This document shows, in pieces, positions 8,174 to 17,155 of a stretch of DNA of 64,000 nucleotides (positions are counted from its first letter, which is position 1; each line of letters starts with the position of its first letter). The notes under the pieces are model-generated. The model made no database searches. It was not told the DNA's origin and worked only from the letters and a program-made list of their open reading frames with translations. The position numbers were made by a program, and so were the translations under genes. Where the stretch lies: positions 3,038-67,037 of the forward strand of contig CABYCL010000001.1 of the NCBI GenBank assembly GCA_902517505.1, given 5' to 3'. Source of the stretch: an uncultured SAR86 cluster bacterium (lineage in GTDB: Bacteria; Pseudomonadota; Gammaproteobacteria; Magnimaribacterales; D2472).

Positions 8174-9061
8174 ATGATTAATTATCTAATATTTATATCT
8201 TTAATCCTTATTATTGGAATTCTAGTTTATATGTTATTTAGCATAAAAAATAAAGAAGCCACAGATCAAGGTGGAGCCCAAAACCTTCAAAATAAACTTA
8301 ATGAGGTTTCTAATGATATTAATAAGATTGAGATTGATTTAGCCTCAGTAACTACTCCAATTAATGAATTAAATAGGTTTCTTGGAGGAAATGTTACAAC
8401 TGGAAGACTTGGAGAATGGAGCTTGGAGTCAATTGTTCAAGATATTATGCCAAATGAAAGTTATGATTTTCAAGCACAAATTAATCCTGAATCATCTGAT
8501 AGGGTTGATTGTTCAATTACTACTGCTGAAGGTTTTAGTGTGCCAATAGATTCAAAGTTCTATGCGGGTCAATATCAGAGTTACCAATCTGCTGATAATG
8601 ATTCTGATAGAAAAAAAGTATTAAGAGATTTGAGGACTGCTGTATTAAGAGATGCGGATGATATTTCTAAAAAATATATCTATCAAAATATTACATCAAA
8701 TTATGTAATTCTATACATAGCTTCTGAAAAACTTATTGACCTAGTAGATAAAATAGATAACTTAAGGCAAGAGTGTTTAACAGAAAAGAGAACTTTAATA
8801 CTTGGTCCGAATACCCTTGCAGCTTTTTTAGATACTATAAGAGTTGGACATCATTACCTTAAATTAAATGAGACAGCTGCAACAGTTGCAAAAGTTGTAA
8901 GAGAAATCCAGATAGAGTTTTCAAATTTTGATTCAAGTACAGATTCTGTTATTAAAAGACTCGACGGAGCATTAAAGGATGTTCAAAAACTTCAAACTAG
9001 AGTTAATGTTCTTGGAAGTAAACTTGAGAAAGGTGCAGATAGTCTAGAAGAAGAAAAATAA
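8174..9061 (+). CDS. rmuC: DNA recombination protein RmuC (short form)
   Basis: N-terminal TM, GRLGEWSL, PIDSKF nuclease-like motif, GPNTL. The ATG at 8174 is preferred over 8153. Confidence 0.85.
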   Translation: MINYLIFISLILIIGILVYMLFSIKNKEATDQGGAQNLQNKLNEVSNDINKIEIDLASVTTPINELNRFLGGNVTTGRLGEWSLESIVQDIMPNESYDFQAQINPESSDRVDCSITTAEGFSVPIDSKFYAGQYQSYQSADNDSDRKKVLRDLRTAVLRDADDISKKYIYQNITSNYVILYIASEKLIDLVDKIDNLRQECLTEKRTLILGPNTLAAFLDTIRVGHHYLKLNETAATVAKVVREIQIEFSNFDSSTDSVIKRLDGALKDVQKLQTRVNVLGSKLEKGADSLEEEK

Positions 9062-10614
9062 TGCAAAACTTAAAAATATGGAAATATCTTTCATTGCCCT
9101 GGTTAGTGTTTGCGATCACCTTCTTTGTGATTTTCTTTTTTTTAGCATTTTTTAATGAAGTTGATATTAACTTTTTATCTAATGATTATTTGGCTAGCCT
9201 TTTTTTAAATACTATACTCATGTCATTTAGTTCGGCAATAATTTCTGCCCTTATTGCAGTTCCCTTAGCAATTTTAGTTACCTTCTATAAATTTCCTGGT
9301 AGTAATTTTTTTAGTTGGGCTCTTAGCCTTTCTATTGCATTTCCTGCATATGTATATGCTTTTATTTTTGTAGGTATATTTGAATACTCCAGTCCTATTT
9401 CAGAATATCTAAGAATATATGGTATCTCTTTGCCCTCAATTAAAAATATATATGGTGCCTCCATCATTATGTCTATGGCTCTATTCCCATATATATTTCT
9501 TATTACTAAAGCTCAACTTTCTTCAGTTGGAGTAAAGGTTTTTAAAGCAGCAAAGTCTTTAGGTGATAATGATCTAGACGCTATCAGGAAGATAATTCTT
9601 CCGTCATTGCGACCTGCAATTATAGGTGGTATGGCTCTTGTTATGTTTGAAACAATTGCAGATTTTGGTGGCGTTTCAACTTTAAGAGTGAATACCTTTA
9701 CTGTTGGAATATATGATGCATGGTTCGGTTATCAAAGTTACAATTCTGGCGCTCGATTGGCAGGTTATTTATTAATATTTGTGTTCATTATTATCTTAAT
9801 TTCTAAATATTTTGGTGGAGATTATCGGCAAATAGCATCTAAAACGGCAGAGAAATATAACAAAATCGAGTTAAGTAAAATTAAACAGGCTATATTCTTA
9901 TTAATTTGCTCATCCATATTTGCTCTTGTATTTTGTTTACCTCTTATACAACTAATAATCTGGCAAATATCTGATGCAAGCGTGAGTCTTTTAAATAATA
10001 TTCATTTATTTGCTAATTCCCTAGTAATAGGCATATTGGCTGCAATTATTACAATATTCTTTGCTACTGCATTATCTTTAAGCTACAGATCATCAAAGAA
10101 ATTGAGATTGTTTATTTCTATTTCAACTTCAGGCTATGCAATACCAGGTTCAGTAATAGCAGCAGGATTATTAATTGGTTTTGACGTAATTTTTAATAAA
10201 TCAATTACTGTTTTTGGAATTTATGGTCTTATATTATGTCTTGCTTTAAGATTTATGACGCCGGCATTTAATTATATTTCATCATCTCTTGCTAATATTT
10301 CTAAGTCGTCTGAGAATGCATTGTCTTTGAAACCAACAAATTCTATAAAAGCATTTAATTTATTTTATCTACCCCAAATTAAACCAGCATTGCTTCTGAG
10401 CGCTATGATTGTCTTTATTGAGTGCATAAAAGAACAGCCTGCAACATTGTTATTGCGTCCTGTTGGCTTTGATACGCTCTCAACGAAAATTTATAACTTC
10501 ACAAGCGAAGGACAATGGGAAATGGCAGCAAGTCCAAGTTTATTGTTGGTGATGTTAAGTCTTATCTTTGTGTATTTAATAAATAAGAATATAGACTTAA
10601 ACAAAAATATATAA
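9061..10614 (+). CDS. Fe3+ ABC transporter permease (FbpB/FutB-like)
   Basis: Two BPD permease domains: FPAYVYAF, RPAIIGG...ETIADFG, GYAIPGSV, KEQPATLLLRP. Confidence 0.9.
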   Translation: MQNLKIWKYLSLPWLVFAITFFVIFFFLAFFNEVDINFLSNDYLASLFLNTILMSFSSAIISALIAVPLAILVTFYKFPGSNFFSWALSLSIAFPAYVYAFIFVGIFEYSSPISEYLRIYGISLPSIKNIYGASIIMSMALFPYIFLITKAQLSSVGVKVFKAAKSLGDNDLDAIRKIILPSLRPAIIGGMALVMFETIADFGGVSTLRVNTFTVGIYDAWFGYQSYNSGARLAGYLLIFVFIIILISKYFGGDYRQIASKTAEKYNKIELSKIKQAIFLLICSSIFALVFCLPLIQLIIWQISDASVSLLNNIHLFANSLVIGILAAIITIFFATALSLSYRSSKKLRLFISISTSGYAIPGSVIAAGLLIGFDVIFNKSITVFGIYGLILCLALRFMTPAFNYISSSLANISKSSENALSLKPTNSIKAFNLFYLPQIKPALLLSAMIVFIECIKEQPATLLLRPVGFDTLSTKIYNFTSEGQWEMAASPSLLLVMLSLIFVYLINKNIDLNKNI

Positions 10615-10618
10615 ATTT

Positions 10619-11101
10619 ATGAAGGATACAGGTTACAGATCAAATGTCGGGCTTATTGTTGCAAACAAAGAAGGCAAGTTACTATTATGCAAAAGAAGAG
10701 GTATGAACAGCTGGCAATTTCCTCAAGGAGGTATTGATTACACAGAAAACTCATTAAAAGCAGCTAAAAGAGAGCTCCATGAAGAAGTTGGAATAAAATC
10801 AAACTCAATAAAGTTAATTCAGTCTTTAGATGAGTGGTTGAAATATGACATTCCAAAAAAAAGTCGAAGAAGTAAACTTATTAACAATAATTTCAAAGGT
10901 CAAAAACAAAAGTGGTTTCTTTTTATACTAAAAGAGGATGTAAACATTACTTTTGATAATGATCCAGACAATGAGTTTGATGATTTTAAATGGGTCTCTT
11001 ACTGGTATCCTTTAAATGTGATTATTTCATTTAAAGAAAAGGTCTATAGAGAAGCATTAAATAAATTAAAATATTCTTTCTGTAGAGAATTTAATGTTTG
11101 A
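10619..11101 (+). CDS. rppH: RNA pyrophosphohydrolase
   Basis: GYRSNVG, WQFPQGG, Nudix RELHEEVG, GQKQKWF, EFD..KWVSYW. Confidence 0.95.
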   Translation: MKDTGYRSNVGLIVANKEGKLLLCKRRGMNSWQFPQGGIDYTENSLKAAKRELHEEVGIKSNSIKLIQSLDEWLKYDIPKKSRRSKLINNNFKGQKQKWFLFILKEDVNITFDNDPDNEFDDFKWVSYWYPLNVIISFKEKVYREALNKLKYSFCREFNV

Positions 11102-11882
11102 TGAAATCTTAATCTTTGGAGCCCTCGGAATCCTTGCAGGTTTATTAGCAGGTATGTTTGGTATTGGTGGTGGATTAATTATGGTACCGGTCCTTATTGG
11201 TACTTTTTTAAGTTTAGATTTTAATAATGAGATAATAGTCCAGCTTGCTATTGGAACATCAATAGGATGTATTATTTTCACAAGCCTTTCTTCGGCTAAT
11301 GCTCATAGAATTAAAGGGTCAGTTAACATAAATCATTTTAAACCTGTTGCAGCTGGAATAATTTTTGGGGCTTTTGCTGGAGCATTATTTGCTGTTCAAA
11401 TTGATGGCCTAATACTTAAACTAACTATAGCTTCTTTCATATTGATTGTAGGCTTAGATATTTTATTAGATAAAAATATTATTCAGAAAATATTTCAATT
11501 CAAGCCAAAATCTATTTTTGTAGGATCTGGAATAGGTTTTTTGTCTTCTATTTTAGGTATAGGAGGTGGCACATTTTCTGTTCCCTATTTTAAGGGCTCT
11601 GGTTTGAGCCTTACCTCATCAATAGGCACTTCTGCTGCGTGTGGTGTACCTATAGCAATTTTTGGAACACTTGGTTATATTGTTGCAGGTCTGAATGTCG
11701 ATCTGCTTCCTAATATGAGTCTTGGTTATATTTATATGCCTGCATTAATTGGAGTTTCAATTACTAGTATATTTTCTGCTAAGTATGGAGCAGATCTTGC
11801 TCATTATTTATCAAAGGATACTCTAAGAAGGCTTATGGCATCTTGGTTCTTTATAATTTCAATATATATGTTCATAGTATGA
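11094..11882 (+). CDS. TSUP (TauE/SafE) family transporter
   Basis: GMFGIGGG and GIGGG repeats, AIGTS, multiple TM segments. Confidence 0.9.
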   Translation: MFDEILIFGALGILAGLLAGMFGIGGGLIMVPVLIGTFLSLDFNNEIIVQLAIGTSIGCIIFTSLSSANAHRIKGSVNINHFKPVAAGIIFGAFAGALFAVQIDGLILKLTIASFILIVGLDILLDKNIIQKIFQFKPKSIFVGSGIGFLSSILGIGGGTFSVPYFKGSGLSLTSSIGTSAACGVPIAIFGTLGYIVAGLNVDLLPNMSLGYIYMPALIGVSITSIFSAKYGADLAHYLSKDTLRRLMASWFFIISIYMFIV

Positions 11883-12676
11883 TTATCGAATTATCAGATT
11901 TTTTTAATAATCCTAGTCTAATTGAATTAGGACCTCTAAAAATACAATACTATGCTGTCACGTGGTTACTGTCTGCATTACTTATATATATCTTCTTAAA
12001 AAAGAATAAAGTGATTCTAGAGGTTGGTCTGTCTAAAGATGAAGTAAATGATATGGTTTTTTTATATGGGCTATTTTTTGGAGCAATGTGTGGAGGCCGA
12101 ATTGGTTACATGCTCTTCTATGGAATAGATCAATTAATGAATGATCCTTTATCATTATTCTATATTTGGCAAGGTGGATTAAGCTTTCATGGAGGTCTTA
12201 TAGGCGTGATTATTAGCTTAATTATTTTTTGTAGAAAAAAAGGGATTGAATTTTTAAGATTAATGGATGGTGTTGCCCTGGCTATGCCTATAGGACTTGG
12301 ACTAGTAAGAATTGGAAATTTTTTAAATGGGGAGTTATATGGCAAAGAAACTAATGGTGATTGGGGTTTTATATTTCCAACAGATCCATTTGGAGCCTTA
12401 CGTCATCCTTCTCAAATCTATGAGAGTTTTGGTGAAGGGTTAGTTTTATTTTTGTTATTATTTTACATAAGTAAAAAAACTAATAATAAAGGTATAGTTT
12501 GTTCATCATTTCTTATTTTTTATGGGTCAATAAGATTTATAATTGAGTTCTTTAGGCAACCCGATGCTCATCTAGGTTATATTGCTTTTGATTTTATTAG
12601 TATGGGTCAAGTGTTATGTATACCAATGATAATTATGGGATTTTTTATTTTGATGTATTCTAGGAAAAATATATGA
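11879..12676 (+). CDS. lgt: Prolipoprotein diacylglyceryl transferase
   Basis: GGRIGY, GGLSFHGG, RIGNFLNGELYG, RHPSQIYE. Start at 11879 from the ATGA overlap. Confidence 0.96.
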   Translation: MIIELSDFFNNPSLIELGPLKIQYYAVTWLLSALLIYIFLKKNKVILEVGLSKDEVNDMVFLYGLFFGAMCGGRIGYMLFYGIDQLMNDPLSLFYIWQGGLSFHGGLIGVIISLIIFCRKKGIEFLRLMDGVALAMPIGLGLVRIGNFLNGELYGKETNGDWGFIFPTDPFGALRHPSQIYESFGEGLVLFLLLFYISKKTNNKGIVCSSFLIFYGSIRFIIEFFRQPDAHLGYIAFDFISMGQVLCIPMIIMGFFILMYSRKNI

Positions 12677-13536
12677 AAGCATATTTAGATCTTCTTAAAT
12701 ATATCATCGATAATGGTGAAGAAAAAAACGATAGAACTAACACAGGAACAATATCATCTTTTGGACATCAACTTGAATTTGATTTAGAAGATGGATTTCC
12801 TGCTGTGACTACTAAATCATTAGCATGGAAAGGTGTTGTTTCTGAACTTCTATGGTTTCTTGAGGGTTCTGATGACGAAAGAAGATTGGCAGAAATAAGA
12901 TTTAATAAAGATAGATCTGAGTTAACGGACTTGGAAAAATATTCAACAATTTGGACCGATAATGCTGAAAATCAAGGAAAAGAATTAGGATATGAAAATT
13001 CCGATACAAAGAAACTTCTAGGTCCAGTATATGGTGTTCAGTGGAGAAATTGGAGTGGTATAGATCAAATACGAGATTTATTAGAAGGCCTCAAAAATAA
13101 TCCTGATGGGAGGAGACATATTCTTTCTGCATGGAATGTCGGCCAAATAGATAAAATGGCTCTACCGCCATGCCATGTTATGTCTCAATTCTATGTGCAT
13201 AGAGAAACAATAAGCTGTCATATGTATCAAAGAAGTGCTGATATGTTTCTAGGTGTCCCTTTTAATATTGCTAGTTATGCCTTGCTGCTATCAATCTTGG
13301 CAGAAATATTGAGTCTTAAACCAAAAAGATTTATTCATTCATTTGGAGATGCGCATATTTATATAAACTCAATCGATCAAGTAAAGGAACAATTATCTAG
13401 GGATCCAAAACCACTTCCTAAACTTATTATTCCAAGTATTGATAATTTAGAAGATATTAACAAACTTACTGTTAATGATTTTATTCTAGAAAATTATGAT
13501 CCTCATCCCCCTATTAAAGCAAAAATGGCAATATAA
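12673..13536 (+). CDS. thyA: Thymidylate synthase (T4-phage-like type)
   Basis: DRT, GPVYG.QWR, MALPPCH, YQRSAD, FNIASY. Confidence 0.97.
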   Translation: MKAYLDLLKYIIDNGEEKNDRTNTGTISSFGHQLEFDLEDGFPAVTTKSLAWKGVVSELLWFLEGSDDERRLAEIRFNKDRSELTDLEKYSTIWTDNAENQGKELGYENSDTKKLLGPVYGVQWRNWSGIDQIRDLLEGLKNNPDGRRHILSAWNVGQIDKMALPPCHVMSQFYVHRETISCHMYQRSADMFLGVPFNIASYALLLSILAEILSLKPKRFIHSFGDAHIYINSIDQVKEQLSRDPKPLPKLIIPSIDNLEDINKLTVNDFILENYDPHPPIKAKMAI

Positions 13537-14043
13537 ATGATTACGATTTCTCATGTTGTAGCTCTATCTAATAATAATGTTATTGGTGTAGATAATAATC
13601 TTCCTTGGAACTTGAAAACTGACCTTGCTCATTTTAAAGATTACACAACAAACAAAATTATTGTTATGGGGAGAAAGACATTTGAATCAATTGGTAGGCC
13701 ACTTCCAAATAGAAAAAACCTTATTGTCTCAAATACATTAAATGAGATTAATGGTGCATATATTTATAAAAGTACTGAGGAAGCAATAAAAAATGCAAAA
13801 GAGATGTGTATTAATAATGAAATATATAATGAAATTGTAATTATTGGTGGGGGCTATCTTTTTAGAGATACGCTTAAAATAACAAATAAATTAGTATTAA
13901 GTGAAGTTGACTGCGAAATAGATGGCGATGTGTTTTATCCAAAAATTCATTTAGAAGAGTGGAATGAAGTAAGCTCAAAAAAATTTATTAAGGATTCAGA
14001 TAATGATTTTAATTTCGTTGTTAAGGTTTATGAAAGACTCTAG
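13537..14043 (+). CDS. folA: Dihydrofolate reductase
   Basis: VIG..N.LPW...DL.HFK, MGRKTFESI, LPNR, IGGG, GDVFYP. Confidence 0.96.
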   Translation: MITISHVVALSNNNVIGVDNNLPWNLKTDLAHFKDYTTNKIIVMGRKTFESIGRPLPNRKNLIVSNTLNEINGAYIYKSTEEAIKNAKEMCINNEIYNEIVIIGGGYLFRDTLKITNKLVLSEVDCEIDGDVFYPKIHLEEWNEVSSKKFIKDSDNDFNFVVKVYERL

Positions 14044-15479
14044 GATGAAGAAGAATTCATTTGAATGTAGTCTCTTCTTAAAGCAAGATTCTTAACTCTA
14101 ATTTCTTCATTTTCAGTGTATTTAATCCAGTTATTTGCCTGAGTCTTTATCTTTTTCTTTTTATCTCTTGCAGCTATTCTAAAATTCTTTTTAGCTTCAT
14201 CAAATTCTTCAAGTTCAAAATGTGCTTGGCCTAGTGTTAAATAAACTTGAGAAAGATCTTTAATTTTTCCTTTTTCTAAGCCTTTCTTAATTGCGCCTAC
14301 AGCATCTTGTACTTTATCTTCTGACAAGTATAAGTTACCAAGTAGTACATAAGATTTGCCATCTTTTGACATCTTTGCAGCTCTCTCAAGTATTGGTATC
14401 GCCTTATCAATCTCCTGAGCCATTCTCCATGCATCTGCTAATGTTTTTAAATTTTTCTCCGTATCTCTTACTACTGGGCCTGTTTTCTCAATTTTAGTTT
14501 CTTCTTTAGTTACCTCATCTACGACTGTTTCTACAGTTGTAACTATTTTTTGTTGTCCAGAAACAAGAACTTCAGCCGCCCAATAAGGATTCTTATTTAA
14601 TAAAAGAAGTTGGGCTAAAGCTAGATATTCTGACTCTTTATCTAAAAAGTCTTTCTGATAGGCTGCTTTTAAAGTAATCATGTAATCTCTTTCTCTGCCA
14701 AGCTGTCCGTATACTCCACCTAATTGAATAAAATATAATTTTTTTGGGTAAAGATTTACTAAAATTTCGAATATATCGCGCTGTCTTAATAAAGATTCTT
14801 TTTCTCCAATTTCCTCTTTAAGCTCACTGATACAACCTGCTAAAAGTTGATACCAGCTTTCTCTTGGTTTATAACCCTCTTCTTCCGCTAAAGAAATTGC
14901 TGTTTCAAGAGAAGACATAGATTTTCTGAAATTGTTAATAGCAAAATATGCTTGGCCAAGAAGTGACCATGACTGAGCAGTCACTGTTTCAACTTCATCC
15001 ATCCATTGAAGAATTAATTGAATACCCTTTTGATAATTTTCTTGAGCTAAATTTAATTGAGCTAAAGCAAGTATTGCTCCATTTCTAAGGCCAATTGTTA
15101 CCTCTGGTTCATTCATTAGTTTTGTGTAAGCATCCATAGCTTGAGGATATTTCCCATCAGTCATATATACATAAGCCCAAGCATTCCACATCACAGAACG
15201 ATCATAACTTTTTAATTCATCTTTATTATTTCGAAGTTCTGTAAGAACGCTTAAAACAGTTTCCATATCTGGTTTGGGTTCACCAGCATCATCAACTTCT
15301 TCCAAAGCTTCATAAACTTTTGCCATCTTCTTAGCAGTAGATGTTTGAAGTGCTCTAGCTTTTTTATACTTGATAGGTTTTTTTGTATCAGATTGTGATT
15401 GTGCTTCAAGATTGATTGAGGAAAATGCAAACAATAATGCCAAAGTTGAAAATAAATATATTGTAAATTTTTTCTTCAT
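14040..15479 (-). CDS. Periplasmic TPR protein of TonB system (TtpD-like)
   Basis: Signal peptide and helical TPR repeats; last gene of the exbB-exbD-tonB cluster. Confidence 0.85.
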   Translation of the reverse strand: MKKKFTIYLFSTLALLFAFSSINLEAQSQSDTKKPIKYKKARALQTSTAKKMAKVYEALEEVDDAGEPKPDMETVLSVLTELRNNKDELKSYDRSVMWNAWAYVYMTDGKYPQAMDAYTKLMNEPEVTIGLRNGAILALAQLNLAQENYQKGIQLILQWMDEVETVTAQSWSLLGQAYFAINNFRKSMSSLETAISLAEEEGYKPRESWYQLLAGCISELKEEIGEKESLLRQRDIFEILVNLYPKKLYFIQLGGVYGQLGRERDYMITLKAAYQKDFLDKESEYLALAQLLLLNKNPYWAAEVLVSGQQKIVTTVETVVDEVTKEETKIEKTGPVVRDTEKNLKTLADAWRMAQEIDKAIPILERAAKMSKDGKSYVLLGNLYLSEDKVQDAVGAIKKGLEKGKIKDLSQVYLTLGQAHFELEEFDEAKKNFRIAARDKKKKIKTQANNWIKYTENEEIRVKNLALRRDYIQMNSSSS

Positions 15480-15489
15480 AACTTAAATT

Positions 15490-16191
15490 CTATTCTTCAT
15501 CTAGTATATATGTAAACCTATGTAATACACCGCTAACTGGCACTGCTCTTCCATCAACAATTTTAGGTTTATATTTTAATTTTAGAGCGGCTCTTGCAGA
15601 AGCACTATTAAACATTGTGCAAGGTCTAAATTCTGTTGCAGGATCGCTAGGATTAGAATTTGAACAATATCCTTCAAGGGCACTTGCATCTTCAACGCTT
15701 CCTGTTTCGGTTATTGTAAACTCAACTAATGCATAACCCATCGTACCTCTTTCTTGAGCTCTTCTTGGATAAATTGGAACAACTTTAAATAAAGGTATGT
15801 ATTCACCATCTCTAAAAAATGATCCTCCAGCTTTAAAGTTTGCTTTAGGTTTTGCAACTGTTACATCCATTCCAGTTAATGGTTGAAGATCAAGTTCTGG
15901 CTGAGCAATATCTTCTGGTTGCTCTTCCGGCTTGTCAGGTTTATCAACTTCAGTCATAAAAGTATCGATTTGTCTTTCTGGCATCACTACGTCAGCAAGC
16001 TTTACAGATGTGTCTTCTTTTAAGCCGCTATCTCCTAAAGATATTAGGATCACCATTACAAAAAATAAAGCTAAAGTAATAGCTGAAGAAAAACCAATTC
16101 CTGCAGCATATTTATTCGCATTAAAAGCTTTAACATAAAGATCATGCATTGGTTTTGTAACAGTATTTATAGCTGCAAGAACTTGATTCAT
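15490..16191 (-). CDS. tonB: Energy transducer TonB
   Basis: N-terminal TM, Pro/Glu-rich linker, C-terminal PIYPRRA...G...VEFTI...G.V...KYKP. Confidence 0.93.
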   Translation of the reverse strand: MNQVLAAINTVTKPMHDLYVKAFNANKYAAGIGFSSAITLALFFVMVILISLGDSGLKEDTSVKLADVVMPERQIDTFMTEVDKPDKPEEQPEDIAQPELDLQPLTGMDVTVAKPKANFKAGGSFFRDGEYIPLFKVVPIYPRRAQERGTMGYALVEFTITETGSVEDASALEGYCSNSNPSDPATEFRPCTMFNSASARAALKLKYKPKIVDGRAVPVSGVLHRFTYILDEE

Positions 16192-16194
16192 AAT

Positions 16195-16605
16195 TTATTT
16201 TGGTTCTGATGCAAGTGAAATAGCATTAACACCTGCTTCTCTCGCCCCATCCATGACTTTTATTATGGTATCAGCTACAGCTTTTTCATCTGCTTGTATT
16301 ACAACAGATCCTTTAGGATTATCTGCTAGCAACTTTACAACATTCGCTTTTACTTGCCTAACATCAATTCTTCTTCCATCCATCCATACTTCGCCTGTAG
16401 GACCAACAGCAATCAAAATTGCTGCATTCTCTTGTGTTTCTGCTGTATCAGAGTCAGGTCTATTTATCTCAAGACCAGGCTCTTTTATAAAGTTAGCAGT
16501 TACAATAAAAAAGATAAGCATGATGAAAACAACATCAAGCATTGGAGTTAAATTTATTTCACTTTCATCATCCTTTACAGCACTGCTTATTGCATTTCTT
16601 CTCAT
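16195..16605 (-). CDS. exbD: Biopolymer transport protein ExbD
   Basis: INLTPMLDVVFIMLIFFIVT, IQAD. Confidence 0.96.
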   Translation of the reverse strand: MRRNAISSAVKDDESEINLTPMLDVVFIMLIFFIVTANFIKEPGLEINRPDSDTAETQENAAILIAVGPTGEVWMDGRRIDVRQVKANVVKLLADNPKGSVVIQADEKAVADTIIKVMDGAREAGVNAISLASEPK

Positions 16606-16615
16606 TTACTTTCTC

Positions 16616-17146
16616 CTATAAATCTCTTTTTATTAATTCTCTTAAATCATTAGTATGTCTGTCAGATGCGCTAGTTAAATATATGGTCGCAAAAACACCT
16701 GAAAGAGCAACCACCATTCCTGCCATTGTTGGAAGAGTTGCTTTTGAAACTCCACCAGCCATAGATCTCGCATCCCCACCGCCGTTAAAAGCCATAACTT
16801 GGAAAACTTCTATCATCCCAGTTACTGTTCCTAATAGACCGAATAATGGAGCCAAAACTACACAAGTTTGGATTATTGTTAAATTTCTATTAATCTCTAC
16901 CCTCGCCTGAGAAAGCATCTTTTCACGAATCTGCAATGCATGCCATGATGTCTTATCATTTCTATTATTCCATTTGCTTGCTAGGTCTTGGACATAAAAC
17001 TCATGACCATGAGAAAAATACCAAATTCTTTCAAAAATCATTGCCCACATAAAGAAAACTAAGATAGCAATTAACCATAGAACACTACCTCCTGCTTCCA
17101 TAAAATCTCTTATGGAAGAAAAAGCTTCAGTGATAGCAAAAAACAT
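16616..17146 (-). CDS. exbB: MotA/TolQ/ExbB proton channel protein
   Basis: APLFGLLGTVTGMI, MAGGVSKATLPTMAG. Confidence 0.93.
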   Translation of the reverse strand: MFFAITEAFSSIRDFMEAGGSVLWLIAILVFFMWAMIFERIWYFSHGHEFYVQDLASKWNNRNDKTSWHALQIREKMLSQARVEINRNLTIIQTCVVLAPLFGLLGTVTGMIEVFQVMAFNGGGDARSMAGGVSKATLPTMAGMVVALSGVFATIYLTSASDRHTNDLRELIKRDL

Positions 17147-17155
17147 AATTAGTTA

